Assembly (NCBI GenBank): GCA_035483545.1
Contig: DATHPS010000018.1
Coordinates: 745-64,744, forward strand
DNA from: Solirubrobacteraceae bacterium
Lineage (GTDB): Bacteria > Actinomycetota > Thermoleophilia > Solirubrobacterales > Solirubrobacteraceae
Length of the DNA stretch: 64,000 nucleotides
Reading direction: 5' to 3'
The notes under the pieces are model-generated. The model did no database searches. It was not told where the DNA came from and worked only from the letters and a program-made list of their open reading frames with translations. This document shows, one piece after another, positions 29,248-38,812 of this stretch. Both the position numbers and the translations under genes were made by a program. The stretch's first letter is position 1; every line of letters begins with the position of its first letter.

Positions 29248-32200
29248 ATGTCTGCCACGCTTGCCCCGCCGCCTGCTGCGGTACGCTCGCGCCGTGCACC
29301 GCTTCCCGTGCTGCGCGCCGTGAGCGCATCCGAGCTGCTCGATGGCTTGGCCGCACTGCCGGGCTCCAGGGACGCGGGCGGCGACGGCAACGGCATCGTC
29401 GCAAGTCGTCTGCTCGTCGGTATCGAGTACGCGTGTGCGACGGCGGTCGAGGAGGCACGACTGCGCTCCGCGTGGAAACGCCGTCAGGGTGGCGGAGCCA
29501 CGCCGTTGGTGCTGTTCGGGGACGACCCCGAGCACGCCGGCTTCGTACGCGTGATCGGGCCGCAGGGGGATGGGGCGATGCGGCGCGTTCGCTGCGAGTC
29601 GCTGCTGGAGCTCGCGCGGCGCACACTCTCGCTCAAGCGCTTGCAAGCCACCCGGCTGTTGATCGAAGAGCTCGATCGCCTCGACGCCGAGCGGATCGCC
29701 GGCCTGCGCGTGCGCGGTCTTGGCACCGAGCACCTGTATGGCGAGCGCCTCCCGGAGCTACCGCGTTGGGCTGAGCTTCGCGAGCTCGTGCAGGGGGTCA
29801 ATCGCGCCGGCTGGCGGGAGCTGCTCGGCGACCTCGGCTACACGATCGAACAGCTCAAGCCGGCGGGCTATCTCGCGCGGTTCGAAGGCCGGCCCGCAAT
29901 CGTTATCCATCCCCGCGCCAACGCCTGGCTGTTCGCGCGCCTGGACGAGGAAGGCCGCCTTCCCGAGGGCGCGCTGGTTGCGCAGTGCCGGGCCGAGGGC
30001 GCTCCCTACGGGATCCTCGCCGCCGGCCCGCGGCTGCGGCTGCTGGCGGCCGCGCCCGAGGAGGCGGGCGCCACGACGCGCTACCTGGAGCTGGACGCCG
30101 CCGCGCTCGAGCCCGACCGCCGCGCGCTGCTCGGCTTGCTCGCGCCGCGCTACCTCGCGCAGGGGGAGCTGCGCGCCGTGCTCGAGGAGGCGCGGGACTA
30201 CGGCCAGGAGCTGCGGCTGCGCCTGGATCGCGTGCTGCGCCAGGAGGTCCTGCCGGTATTGGGCCGCGAGCTGGGTCGCTGGGCGCAGGCCGCGGGTCGC
30301 GACCTCGGTGAGGACGCCGTCCGCGAGGAGCTCGAGGCCGCGGCGCTGCTGTTCGTGTTTCGCGCGCTCTTCCTGCTCTACGCCGAGAGCGCCGGCCACC
30401 TGCCGATGGTCAACCCGACATATCGTGGGAAGAGCCTCACGCGCGTCTGCGAGCGTGCCTACGAGGAGAGCGACAACGCCGACCCGGTCGCGTGCGCCCT
30501 CTGGGACGACGTCGCGATGCTCATCAAGCGCATGCGCACCGGCCACCGCGCTTGGCAACTGCCCCCCTACAACGGCGACCTGTTCGCCGCGGGCGCTGTC
30601 GCTGGTGCCGCGACGCTCGAGCTGGCGGCGATCCCCGACGCCGCGCTTGGCGCGGCGCTCGTCGCGCTCGCCCGCGACCCCAAGGATCGCGCGATCGGCA
30701 TCGACTTCTCGAGCCTCGAGATCGGCCACCTCGGCTATATCTACGAGGGCCTGCTCTCGCTGCGGCTCTCGCTCGCGGATCGCGACTACGCCTACGACGC
30801 GCACGCCGACCGTTATGTCGCGACCGACGGCGACACCGTGCCCGACGTTCGCGCGGGCGAGCTGTTGTGGCTCACCAACGAGGGCGGGCGCAAGAGCGCC
30901 GGCGTCTACTACACGCGCACCGAGCTCGTGCGCCATCTCGTCCGGCGCGCCGTGGGCCCCGCTTTCGATCGTCATCTCGCGGAGGTCGAGGCGCTGGTCG
31001 CCAGCGATCCCGCGGCGGCGGCGCAGAAGGCGTTCGACTTCTTCGTGCTCGACCCCGCGTGCGGCAGCGCGCACTTCCTGGTCGAGGTCGTCGATGAGCT
31101 CGCTGACAAGCTCGCCGCGCTGCTCGGCAAGGTCGCGCTGCCCGCGGTGCAGGCGCAGCTCGAAGCGCTACGCGCGAAAGCCGCCGCGTACGGCGCCGGC
31201 GTCGAGGACACCGCGCTGCTGAAGCGGCTCGTGCTCAAGCGCTGCGTCTACGGCGTCGACCTCTCGCCGATGGGCGTCGAGATCGCGAAGGTCTCGCTGT
31301 GGCTCTCGACGTTCGTGCCCGGGCTCTCGCTTGCCTACCTCGACCACAACGTCCAGCGCGGCAACTCGCTGATCGGAGTCGTCCGCGCCGAGGACGTCGG
31401 CGAGGGGACACTCTTCGGCGATGCGCTCGCGCAGGCGATCACGGAGGCCGCGCGCGCAGCGGCGAAGCTGCGCACGATCGACGACACGACGCCCGAGCAG
31501 GTCGCGGCCAGCCGCGCCGCCGACGCCGAATTGCGCGAACAGGAGGCGGGGGCACGGCGGCTCTTCAACCTGTGGACCGCCGAGCCGCTCGGGGTGTGTG
31601 GCACGCGCGACGAGGCGCTGCGCCAGGGCGACGAAGTGCTGGCCGGGACGGTAACGCTACTGGCGCCGGCCGCCGATTTGCTCGCTGAGCGCGAGCATTT
31701 CCTGCACTGGCCACTCGCGTTTGCCGAGGTCTTCGCGCGCGAGCGGCCGGGGTTCGACGCGGTTGTCGGGAATCCGCCGTGGGATGAGGTCACGGTGGAG
31801 GAGCTCGCGTTCTATGCGCGCTACCGGCCGGGACTGCGTGCTCTGCCGCAGGGCGCGCGCGAGCGCATCTTGGACGAGCTGCTCGCGGAACGCCCGGAGT
31901 TGATCGAGCGGTATGAAGCGAGCAGGGACCACACGAATATGTTGCGACGTTACTTCGCGACGACGAGTGAGTTCAAGACATCGATCGGCGACCCCGACGT
32001 CTACAAGCTCTTCTGCCAGCGCTACGGACAGCTTGTAGGTGACAGTGGCGCGATCGGGGTGGTGCTGCCGCGTAACGTCTTTGCGGCGAAGGGCTCGGCG
32101 GCCTTTCGCGTATGGCTGTTCGACAACGCATTTCCCGAGCGAATCGATTTCCTGCTGAATCGGCGTTCATGGGCTTTTGACATTCACCCGCAGTATTCGG

Positions 32201-33216
32201 TGGCGTTGCTGGTCGCGCATCGAGATGGGGGCGAGCAGGAGCTGGAGGTCGCGGGGGTGGCCGCTTCCGCGCAGGAGTTCGTCAAGCAGATCGAGGAACC
32301 GGGCCTACGCTTGCGGCGTCCGGCGCTCGGACGGTTCTTGGAGATTCCGCTGCTTCATGACCAGGTGGCGGCGGACCTGCTTGCCAAGCTGCGCGGGGAG
32401 GGCCCGTTTGCCGATGGCGGCGGTCGCTGGAGGTGCTTCCCGGTGGCGGAGTTTCACGAGACTCACGACGCGGGCTTCTGGCGGGATGCGATTGTAGGCC
32501 GGCCATTGTGGAAGGGAGAAAGCTTCGATCAGTACAATCCGCACGGAGCCGGTGAGCGACCTTGTCCGCCCAGCGATGCGGCTCTGATCAAGGCTCGCAA
32601 GTCGCGTCCTGGAGCCGACTCGCTGGCGGCTGAGACGACGGCGGTCGATGACCGCAGAACGGCGGTCGTGCGCACGGTAGAGCGCGCGCGCCTCGCATTT
32701 AGGGACGTCACTCGAGCGACGGACTCGCGCACTGTTCGCGCATGTTTGATCCCGCCCCTGCACTTCCTCACCAATACCGCGCCATATCTCACATTTGTCG
32801 ACGACGATCGGTGGAGCGAAGCGGCGTGTCTAGCGGTTCTGAACAGTCTCCCGTTCGACTGGCAGGCTCGCCGCTTCGTCGAGATTCATCTCAACTTCTT
32901 CGTGCTGGAGGGCCTGCGAGTCCCACAGCTCGACGACGACACCTTCGCGGCGCTGGCGAGCGACGCCGCCCGCCTCTCCTGCGTCGACGAGCGCTTCGCC
33001 GAGTTCGCGGCGGCGACCGGCGTCGAATACGGCCCGCTCGACCCTGAGCAACGCGAGGCCCTGCGCGCCGACATTGACGCGCGCGTCGCCTACGCCTGGA
33101 GTTTGACCGCGGATGAGCTCGAGGTCGTCTTCTCCGACTTCACCTTCGACGCGGTGCCGGCGGACTATCGCGAGCGCGTGCGCGCCCGCTTCGCCGAGCT
33201 GCACAAGCGGCGGTAG
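29248..33216 (+). CDS. Large N6-adenine DNA methyltransferase (Type IIG/Eco57I-like, gamma class) with C-terminal target recognition region
   Basis: LGYIYEGLL, GVYYT (motif X), LDPACGSAHF (motif I), YGVD, GNSL, VVGNPPW (motif IV), LNSLPFDW. Confidence 0.9.
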   Translation: MSATLAPPPAAVRSRRAPLPVLRAVSASELLDGLAALPGSRDAGGDGNGIVASRLLVGIEYACATAVEEARLRSAWKRRQGGGATPLVLFGDDPEHAGFVRVIGPQGDGAMRRVRCESLLELARRTLSLKRLQATRLLIEELDRLDAERIAGLRVRGLGTEHLYGERLPELPRWAELRELVQGVNRAGWRELLGDLGYTIEQLKPAGYLARFEGRPAIVIHPRANAWLFARLDEEGRLPEGALVAQCRAEGAPYGILAAGPRLRLLAAAPEEAGATTRYLELDAAALEPDRRALLGLLAPRYLAQGELRAVLEEARDYGQELRLRLDRVLRQEVLPVLGRELGRWAQAAGRDLGEDAVREELEAAALLFVFRALFLLYAESAGHLPMVNPTYRGKSLTRVCERAYEESDNADPVACALWDDVAMLIKRMRTGHRAWQLPPYNGDLFAAGAVAGAATLELAAIPDAALGAALVALARDPKDRAIGIDFSSLEIGHLGYIYEGLLSLRLSLADRDYAYDAHADRYVATDGDTVPDVRAGELLWLTNEGGRKSAGVYYTRTELVRHLVRRAVGPAFDRHLAEVEALVASDPAAAAQKAFDFFVLDPACGSAHFLVEVVDELADKLAALLGKVALPAVQAQLEALRAKAAAYGAGVEDTALLKRLVLKRCVYGVDLSPMGVEIAKVSLWLSTFVPGLSLAYLDHNVQRGNSLIGVVRAEDVGEGTLFGDALAQAITEAARAAAKLRTIDDTTPEQVAASRAADAELREQEAGARRLFNLWTAEPLGVCGTRDEALRQGDEVLAGTVTLLAPAADLLAEREHFLHWPLAFAEVFARERPGFDAVVGNPPWDEVTVEELAFYARYRPGLRALPQGARERILDELLAERPELIERYEASRDHTNMLRRYFATTSEFKTSIGDPDVYKLFCQRYGQLVGDSGAIGVVLPRNVFAAKGSAAFRVWLFDNAFPERIDFLLNRRSWAFDIHPQYSVALLVAHRDGGEQELEVAGVAASAQEFVKQIEEPGLRLRRPALGRFLEIPLLHDQVAADLLAKLRGEGPFADGGGRWRCFPVAEFHETHDAGFWRDAIVGRPLWKGESFDQYNPHGAGERPCPPSDAALIKARKSRPGADSLAAETTAVDDRRTAVVRTVERARLAFRDVTRATDSRTVRACLIPPLHFLTNTAPYLTFVDDDRWSEAACLAVLNSLPFDWQARRFVEIHLNFFVLEGLRVPQLDDDTFAALASDAARLSCVDERFAEFAAATGVEYGPLDPEQREALRADIDARVAYAWSLTADELEVVFSDFTFDAVPADYRERVRARFAELHKRR

Positions 33217-36200
33217 ATGCCAATGCCAAACTCGCGCCCCAACGCCCGGCCGCATGTGCTCGACAACTTCGAGGCCGAGCGCGACCACGCCCAGGCGCTC
33301 GCCTACCTGATCGGCGACGTGCCGCGCCAGCATGCGCTGGCGGTCGCCACCGGCTTTCTCGATCTCGGTGGCCTGCACCATCTCGCGACGATCGCCGACG
33401 GCCGCCCGACGCGGCTGCTGATCGGCGCCCAGCCGGCGCCGGCGTTGGGCGCGGAGCTGCCGCTCGGCCTGTTCGAGTTGCACCGCGAGCGGCTGCGCGA
33501 CGAGCGCGATCTCTCGCGCTTTCCTCCCTCGCGCGCTGCTCGTCGCCTCCAGGTGGTGAGGGAGTGGCTCGCGCGCCCGGAGGTGCGGGTCCGCCGCTTC
33601 GTCGAGCAGTTCCTGCACGGCAAGGCGTACCTCTTCGGCGACGCGCCCGACGCGCGGGTCGCGCTGGTGACCTCAGCGAACCTGACCGGTGCGGGCATGA
33701 GCCGCAACCTCGAGTTGGGGGTCGCCAACTACGACCCCGCGGTCGCAAACCAGGCGGTCGAGTGGTACGACACGCTGTGGGAGCGCGCGATCGACTACGA
33801 GCGGGACCTGCACGACCTGCTGTTTCCCGACCCCGGTCTGCTTGATCCGCAGGCGATCTACCTGCGGGCGCTCCTGGAGCTCCAAGAGCCGCCGCTGGAC
33901 GAGCCCAATCGGGCCTCGCGCCCGACGGGGCTGGAGCTCGCGCGTTTTCAAGCAGACGGCTACGAGCGCGCGCGCGTGATCTGTGGGCGCCACGGCGGCG
34001 TCGTCTACGCCGACGGTGTCGGCACCGGCAAGACCGAGATCGGGCTCGCGTTCATCGAGGAGCGCACCAGCGAGGCGGGCGTCTACGCGCTCGTGGTCGC
34101 GCCCGCCCAGCTCGCGTCGCGCTGGGAAGAGCGCATCCACCAGGCGCGGTTGCCGGCGCAGGTGATCTCGTTCAATCAGCTTGCCAGCGACGAGCAGCTT
34201 GTCCCGGAGGCCGCGAACCGGCGACGGGTGCTGCACAGCAAAAAGGATGCCTACCGGCTGGTCGTCGTCGATGAGGCGCACGCGCTGCGCAACGAGGACA
34301 CGACCTGGCATCGTGCGATGGAGCGTCTACTCGGCGGCTCGCGCAAGCAGGTCGTGCTGCTCACGGCGACACCGATCAACAACGGGCTCTGGGATCTCTA
34401 CAACCTCGTGATGCTGTTCGCGCGCCACGACCGGGCGTTCGCGGCACATGGGATCGACTCGGTGCGCGGGCTGTTCCTCACTGCTGGCGCGAACGAGCGC
34501 GATCCCGAGAACCTCAGCCCCGATGTGCTGTTCCCCCTTGCCGACGCGGTCAGCGTGCGGCGAGATCGGCGCTTCATCGAAACCGAGTACGCCGGCCAGC
34601 AGTTCGCGGACGGCACGCCCGTGCGCTTTCCGACGCCGCGCCTGAGGACCCGTCGCTATGACCTCGACGCGTTTCACCCGGGCCTGCTCGACCGGATCGC
34701 GGCGGCAATCGACGGGCTCGCGATGGCTCGCTATAGGCCCAGCGCATACGAGCTCGAGCAGCACGAACTGCCCGCCGAGGCGCAGCTCGCGGGGCTGCTG
34801 CGCTCGGGTGTGCTCAAGCGCTTCGAGTCCTGCTGGGCGGCGTGCCTGGAGACCGTGGAGTACATGCTCGCCGCTCACGATGCCTTCCTCGGGGCGTGGG
34901 AGCGGGGCGAGGTGCCCTCGGCTGGCGCATTGCGCGAAGCCGCGCGGGCCGAGGCCGGCGAGAGCGGTCTGGCCGGCTGGCTGGAGGAGACGCTCGCGGG
35001 CGACGCCGACGCGCGGCCCGTTGCGGAATTCGACCCGCAGTATGGCGACGCGGTGCGCGCGGATCGCGAACGCCTGCGGACGATCTGCGAGGAGCTCTCG
35101 GCGCTCGACGCGACCGCAGACCCCAAGCTGGCGGCGCTGTGCGAACTGCTCGAGTCCTCGCCGGCTGAGAAGATCGCGGTCTTCGCTACCTACGCCGCGA
35201 CCGTGCGCTACCTCGACGAGCACCTCCCAGCGCCTGTCGGCGGACGCGCGCGGGTCGTAGTGATCGGCGAAGAGACGAGCCCCGATCAGCGCATGGCGGC
35301 GCTGGCGCGCTTCGCGCCGGACACAGTCGTGCGGCCCGGCTACGCACCGCCGGACGGGACGGTCGATCTGCTGCTCTCCACCGACGTGCTCTCCGAGGGC
35401 CAGAACCTCCAGCAGGCGCAGGCCGTGATCTCCTACGACATGCCGTGGAACCCTCAGCGCGTGGTGCAACGCAACGGTCGCGTGATCCGCCTGCGCTCGC
35501 CGCACGAGGAGGTTCTGCTGACGACGATGCTTCCCGAGCAGGGCGAGCTCGAGCGACTGCTGGGGCTGGAGGCGCGCATTCAGGCGAAGATCGTCGCGGC
35601 CGGCGTCTACGGCATGGAGTCCGAGGTCATCGAGGGGACCCCCGCGGGTGAGCAGCGGTCTTATGAGGAGCTGCGCGCCTACTCGCAGCGGCTCGTGGAT
35701 GGCGACGTCGAGCTGCTTGATCAGGGCGAGGTCGAGTCCGGTGCGTTCGTCGGTGAGCAGTTGCGGCGTCTGTTGGAGCGCGCCTTCCAGGAGGGCGAGC
35801 TCGAGCGCATACAGCAGCTTCCGTGGGGTGTCGGGGCGTGCTTTCGTCAGACGCTCACGGCGCGCTCGAGTGGACCGCCGGGGATTTTCTTCGCGATGCG
35901 CACGCCGCCGGCGCCTGGCGAGCAGCGCGGCCGGCGCTACTGGCGCTACGTCGAGCTCGGCGGCGAGCGACTGTGCACGGGCGACCTCGAGATCCTGCGG
36001 CGGATCGATCCCGCCGGCGGCGAAGCGATCGCGGACCTCCACCAGATCGACATCGAGCGCGCCTGGCAGCTCGCCTCGGCTGACGTCGTCGCAGAGCACA
36101 ACGAGCGCGCGGACGTGCGCGAGGAGCAACAACTGATCGGCCCGCGCCAGCGCTGGGCGCTGAATGTCCTGCGCGATCCAGGCGTCGCCTCGCCGCCTGG

Positions 36201-36456
36201 GGCCGAGGAGGTCGAGGAAGCCCTCTCCGTCGGCCGCAGCTCGGCCGTCCGCAAGGCGCTGGGGTCGATCGAGTCGCGTGTGAATAGCGGCGAGATCAGC
36301 CTCGACGATGCCGCGCGCGAGATCGTGCTCCTGGTGGAGCGCTTCGGTCTGCGACCCGTTGCGCAACCGTCGCTGCCCGCGAAGGTCACGGTCGAGGACC
36401 TCGGCGTGGTCTGCTGGATGGCGGTACTACCGCCCCGAGGCGGCCAGGCCGCCTAG
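33217..36456 (+). CDS. PLD-family nuclease fused to an SNF2-like SF2 helicase
   Basis: LHGKAYLF..TSANLT..NLE (PLD); ADGVGTGKT, DEAH, TATP, STDVLSEGQNLQ, QRNGRVIR (helicase motifs). Confidence 0.9.
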   Translation: MPMPNSRPNARPHVLDNFEAERDHAQALAYLIGDVPRQHALAVATGFLDLGGLHHLATIADGRPTRLLIGAQPAPALGAELPLGLFELHRERLRDERDLSRFPPSRAARRLQVVREWLARPEVRVRRFVEQFLHGKAYLFGDAPDARVALVTSANLTGAGMSRNLELGVANYDPAVANQAVEWYDTLWERAIDYERDLHDLLFPDPGLLDPQAIYLRALLELQEPPLDEPNRASRPTGLELARFQADGYERARVICGRHGGVVYADGVGTGKTEIGLAFIEERTSEAGVYALVVAPAQLASRWEERIHQARLPAQVISFNQLASDEQLVPEAANRRRVLHSKKDAYRLVVVDEAHALRNEDTTWHRAMERLLGGSRKQVVLLTATPINNGLWDLYNLVMLFARHDRAFAAHGIDSVRGLFLTAGANERDPENLSPDVLFPLADAVSVRRDRRFIETEYAGQQFADGTPVRFPTPRLRTRRYDLDAFHPGLLDRIAAAIDGLAMARYRPSAYELEQHELPAEAQLAGLLRSGVLKRFESCWAACLETVEYMLAAHDAFLGAWERGEVPSAGALREAARAEAGESGLAGWLEETLAGDADARPVAEFDPQYGDAVRADRERLRTICEELSALDATADPKLAALCELLESSPAEKIAVFATYAATVRYLDEHLPAPVGGRARVVVIGEETSPDQRMAALARFAPDTVVRPGYAPPDGTVDLLLSTDVLSEGQNLQQAQAVISYDMPWNPQRVVQRNGRVIRLRSPHEEVLLTTMLPEQGELERLLGLEARIQAKIVAAGVYGMESEVIEGTPAGEQRSYEELRAYSQRLVDGDVELLDQGEVESGAFVGEQLRRLLERAFQEGELERIQQLPWGVGACFRQTLTARSSGPPGIFFAMRTPPAPGEQRGRRYWRYVELGGERLCTGDLEILRRIDPAGGEAIADLHQIDIERAWQLASADVVAEHNERADVREEQQLIGPRQRWALNVLRDPGVASPPGAEEVEEALSVGRSSAVRKALGSIESRVNSGEISLDDAAREIVLLVERFGLRPVAQPSLPAKVTVEDLGVVCWMAVLPPRGGQAA

Positions 36457-37097
36457 CGCTCCTCGCGCCGGTCGTCGGCGGTCGCCGACGCGACGCTCGC
36501 GACGGCGGACTCCGCGAAGCGCCCGGCGCGCGACGGCGCGAGGTCCAGGCGCGCGAGCGAGCGCAGGAAGCCGTTCGTGACGAGCACATGGATGCGCGAC
36601 TGCGTGAGGTTGTACAGCCAGCGCCCGAGGCCGAAGGAGATCGCGGGGTAGAAGTTCGCGACCTCCACCTCCACGTGCAGGCGCGCGCGCGAGGACTCGT
36701 TGCTCGGTAGGCGGCGCACGTCGATCTGCAGGTACCCGTCGCGCCCGCGCCCGGTGCGCGCGACGAGCAGACCGCGCTCGATGCGCCAGCGCACCATCCC
36801 GTGGTCGGGCTCGAGCAGATACTCGGGAGCCTTGAACGTGAGCAGCTTCAGCGGCTTGAACAGCAGCACCACGAAGCGCTCGCGCTCGGTGTAGCGGACC
36901 CGCACGAGCCCCAGCGTGACGCGCCTCAGGTAGCGCCAGTAGGTGCGCGCGAGGCGCTCCAGGTAAACCGGCGACCAGATCGCGGTGAGGCGCTCCTCGC
37001 TGAGCAGCAGGTCCGCGGTTTGCACCGAGCGCACCGCGCCCGTCTCGCGATCCACGGAGGTCGCGTCGCGCAGGTTCGTGATCGACGCCTCGCGCAT
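36453..37097 (-). CDS. Hypothetical protein
   Basis: 214-aa ORF with coding-like codon usage; stop shares CTAG with the helicase stop. Confidence 0.7.
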   Translation of the reverse strand: MREASITNLRDATSVDRETGAVRSVQTADLLLSEERLTAIWSPVYLERLARTYWRYLRRVTLGLVRVRYTERERFVVLLFKPLKLLTFKAPEYLLEPDHGMVRWRIERGLLVARTGRGRDGYLQIDVRRLPSNESSRARLHVEVEVANFYPAISFGLGRWLYNLTQSRIHVLVTNGFLRSLARLDLAPSRAGRFAESAVASVASATADDRREER

Positions 37098-37149
37098 GTC
37101 CCACCCAGGCTACTGGCGAGGTCTCCTCAGCTTGCCCGCGAGGCTCGCC

Positions 37150-37800
37150 TCAGCTTGCGGCGGCGGCGCCGCCGGTGCTCGCGGTCGCGGTGGCGGGGGC
37201 CGCGGCTGCGGGTGCGCTCGGCGGGCTCGCTTCGGCCGGTTCGCCGAGCATGGGAGAGTTCGGCACGCTGCCCACGACCGCGGTCGTGACCCGCACCGTT
37301 TCCTTGATGTTCAGCGCGCGCGCCGTCCCCGCCGTGAGATCCCACATCGCGCCGATGTGCCCGTAGGGACCGCGGTCGATGACCGGCACCGTGAGGCGGT
37401 GTCCGCGGTAGCCGATCTGCACGAGCGTTCCGCAGGCGAGCGTCCGCGAGGCCACGCCGACGAGCGTGGGGCTCATCGTCTGCCCGCACGCGGTCTTGTT
37501 GCCGTAGAAGCCCGGGCCGAACCACGTCGCGAGCGTGCGCTTGGGGAACGCTTCGCCCGGCGCCGCGCCGCCACTCGTCGTGGCGCTGCCGGTCGAGCTC
37601 GTCGCGCCGCTCGCGGTCGAGCCTTCGCTGGATGCCGGTTCGACCGCCGCGCTCTTCGCCGCCGCGCCGCCGGTCGTGGCCGTGCTTGCGCCGGCGCTCG
37701 CGGGGAGGGCGAGCACGGCCCACAGGCTCAGCACGGCGACGCGCCGGGCGTACGAGCGAAGGTTGGCACGCGGAGCGTGCTTGGCGAAAGCGGTCTGCAT
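37150..37800 (-). CDS. Secreted RlpA-like (DPBB) lytic transglycosylase family protein
   Basis: Signal peptide, Ser/Thr/Ala linker, ATWFGPGFYGNKTACG, VASRTLACGT, VIDRGPY, WDLT. Confidence 0.88.
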   Translation of the reverse strand: MQTAFAKHAPRANLRSYARRVAVLSLWAVLALPASAGASTATTGGAAAKSAAVEPASSEGSTASGATSSTGSATTSGGAAPGEAFPKRTLATWFGPGFYGNKTACGQTMSPTLVGVASRTLACGTLVQIGYRGHRLTVPVIDRGPYGHIGAMWDLTAGTARALNIKETVRVTTAVVGSVPNSPMLGEPAEASPPSAPAAAAPATATASTGGAAAAS

Positions 37801-37811
37801 GTGAATCGGTT

Positions 37812-37950
37812 CCGCCTACGGGGTGAGCTGACGGGCTCGCGCCTTGCGGCGCTACGGCCCCAGTCGGACCGATTCGCCCCAGTGAGCCGACGCTCGGCTC
37901 ACATTGGGTCCCCCGTCCGCCGTGATCTGGATCGCAGCGGCTCGGCGTGC
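37812..37950 (-). ncRNA. Cyclic di-AMP (ydaO/yuaA) riboswitch
   Basis: Minus strand reads CGCCGAGCC..ACGGGGGACCCA..TGGGGCGAATC..CGAGCCCGTCAGCTCACCCCGTAGGC; directly upstream of a cell-wall hydrolase; TATACT box just upstream. Confidence 0.88.
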
Positions 37951-38037
37951 GGGGCAGTATACAGGTCCGCCGGACGGGCGTTGCGCGAGCGATCGGATCT
38001 CCGGTAGGCGAGCGCTCAGCGCAGCGGGCGCAAGCGC

Positions 38038-38616
38038 TCAGACGCCCGGCAGGCGACCGAGCGCGTCCTTCAACAGGCGCCCGCTCGTCGTCAAACCGCT
38101 CTGCGCGAGCTCCCCGAGCAGCTCGACGACCGACGCCGCCAGCTCCGGCCGCGTGGGGGGACGCACGGGTACGCCCTGCGCGATCTCGTCCTCGGTCTCG
38201 AAGCCCTGCCGCGGGATCGGCGGCTCGCGCGGCAGGGTCGCACGCTTGGCCGGAGGCTTGCGAGTGGGCTTCGGGGTCGAGGTCCCGGCGGCGCGCTCGA
38301 CCGCGGGCTTGGGGAACGTCGTGGCAGCACGCTTGACCGTGGGCTTCGGGGCCGCGGCGGCGGCGCGCTTGGCGGCGGCGCGGCGCGCGCTGGGACGCTG
38401 GGGGCGGGTACTGGGCAGGCTCGCGAGGATGCCGGCTGGCTCGCCCGCGCCGGTGCGCTTCGTGCCGGGCCTTGGTTTCGCGTTGCGGGTCGGTTTCGCG
38501 TCGCGCGTCGGTTTCGCGTTGCGGGTCGGTTTCGCGTTGCGCATCGGTTTCGCGGCGCCTTTGGCGGCGCGCGCGGGGGGGCGCTTGGAGTGGTTGGCGT
38601 CGTCGGGTGGAGTCAT
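38038..38616 (-). CDS. Basic Lys/Ala/Pro-rich protein (histone H1-like composition)
   Basis: AKPTRN repeats, AAAAAPKPTVKR, C-terminal amphipathic helix. Confidence 0.65.
   Translation of the reverse strand: MTPPDDANHSKRPPARAAKGAAKPMRNAKPTRNAKPTRDAKPTRNAKPRPGTKRTGAGEPAGILASLPSTRPQRPSARRAAAKRAAAAAPKPTVKRAATTFPKPAVERAAGTSTPKPTRKPPAKRATLPREPPIPRQGFETEDEIAQGVPVRPPTRPELAASVVELLGELAQSGLTTSGRLLKDALGRLPGV
38474..38554. repeat. About 4.5 copies of an 18-bp in-frame tandem repeat (AKPTRN)
   Basis: GGTTTCGCGTTGCGGGTC-type units at 38474, 38492, 38510, 38528, partial at 38546. Confidence 0.85.
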
Positions 38617-38812
38617 GCGCGCGCATCATCGCGCATAAGGAAGATGGGCGGCGAAGCGTTAGCATAGGGTCCACGTTGCGTTGTAATGTCGGGCGGGCCT
38701 CGGCCGTGGCCGGGCGGGCAGACTCGGTCGGGTCCCCGGTCGCGTTCGGCGGGGTCGCGGTCGCTGCGGCGCCCCCCAGAAGATCTCCATCTACGGAAAC
38801 GGAAGACAATCG

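Larger units (their letters stand above)
29185..36460. mobile_element. Defence islet (MTase plus PLD-helicase) bounded by the 11-bp direct repeat CGCCTAGCGCT; no recombinase gene
   Basis: Identical 11-mers at 29185-29195 (glpX stop) and 36450-36460 (helicase stop and convergent gene stop). Confidence 0.6.

Noticed and set aside
29248-36456. Canonical DISARM or BREX system
   Set aside because: No drmA/drmB, pglZ or brxC genes; only two genes are present.
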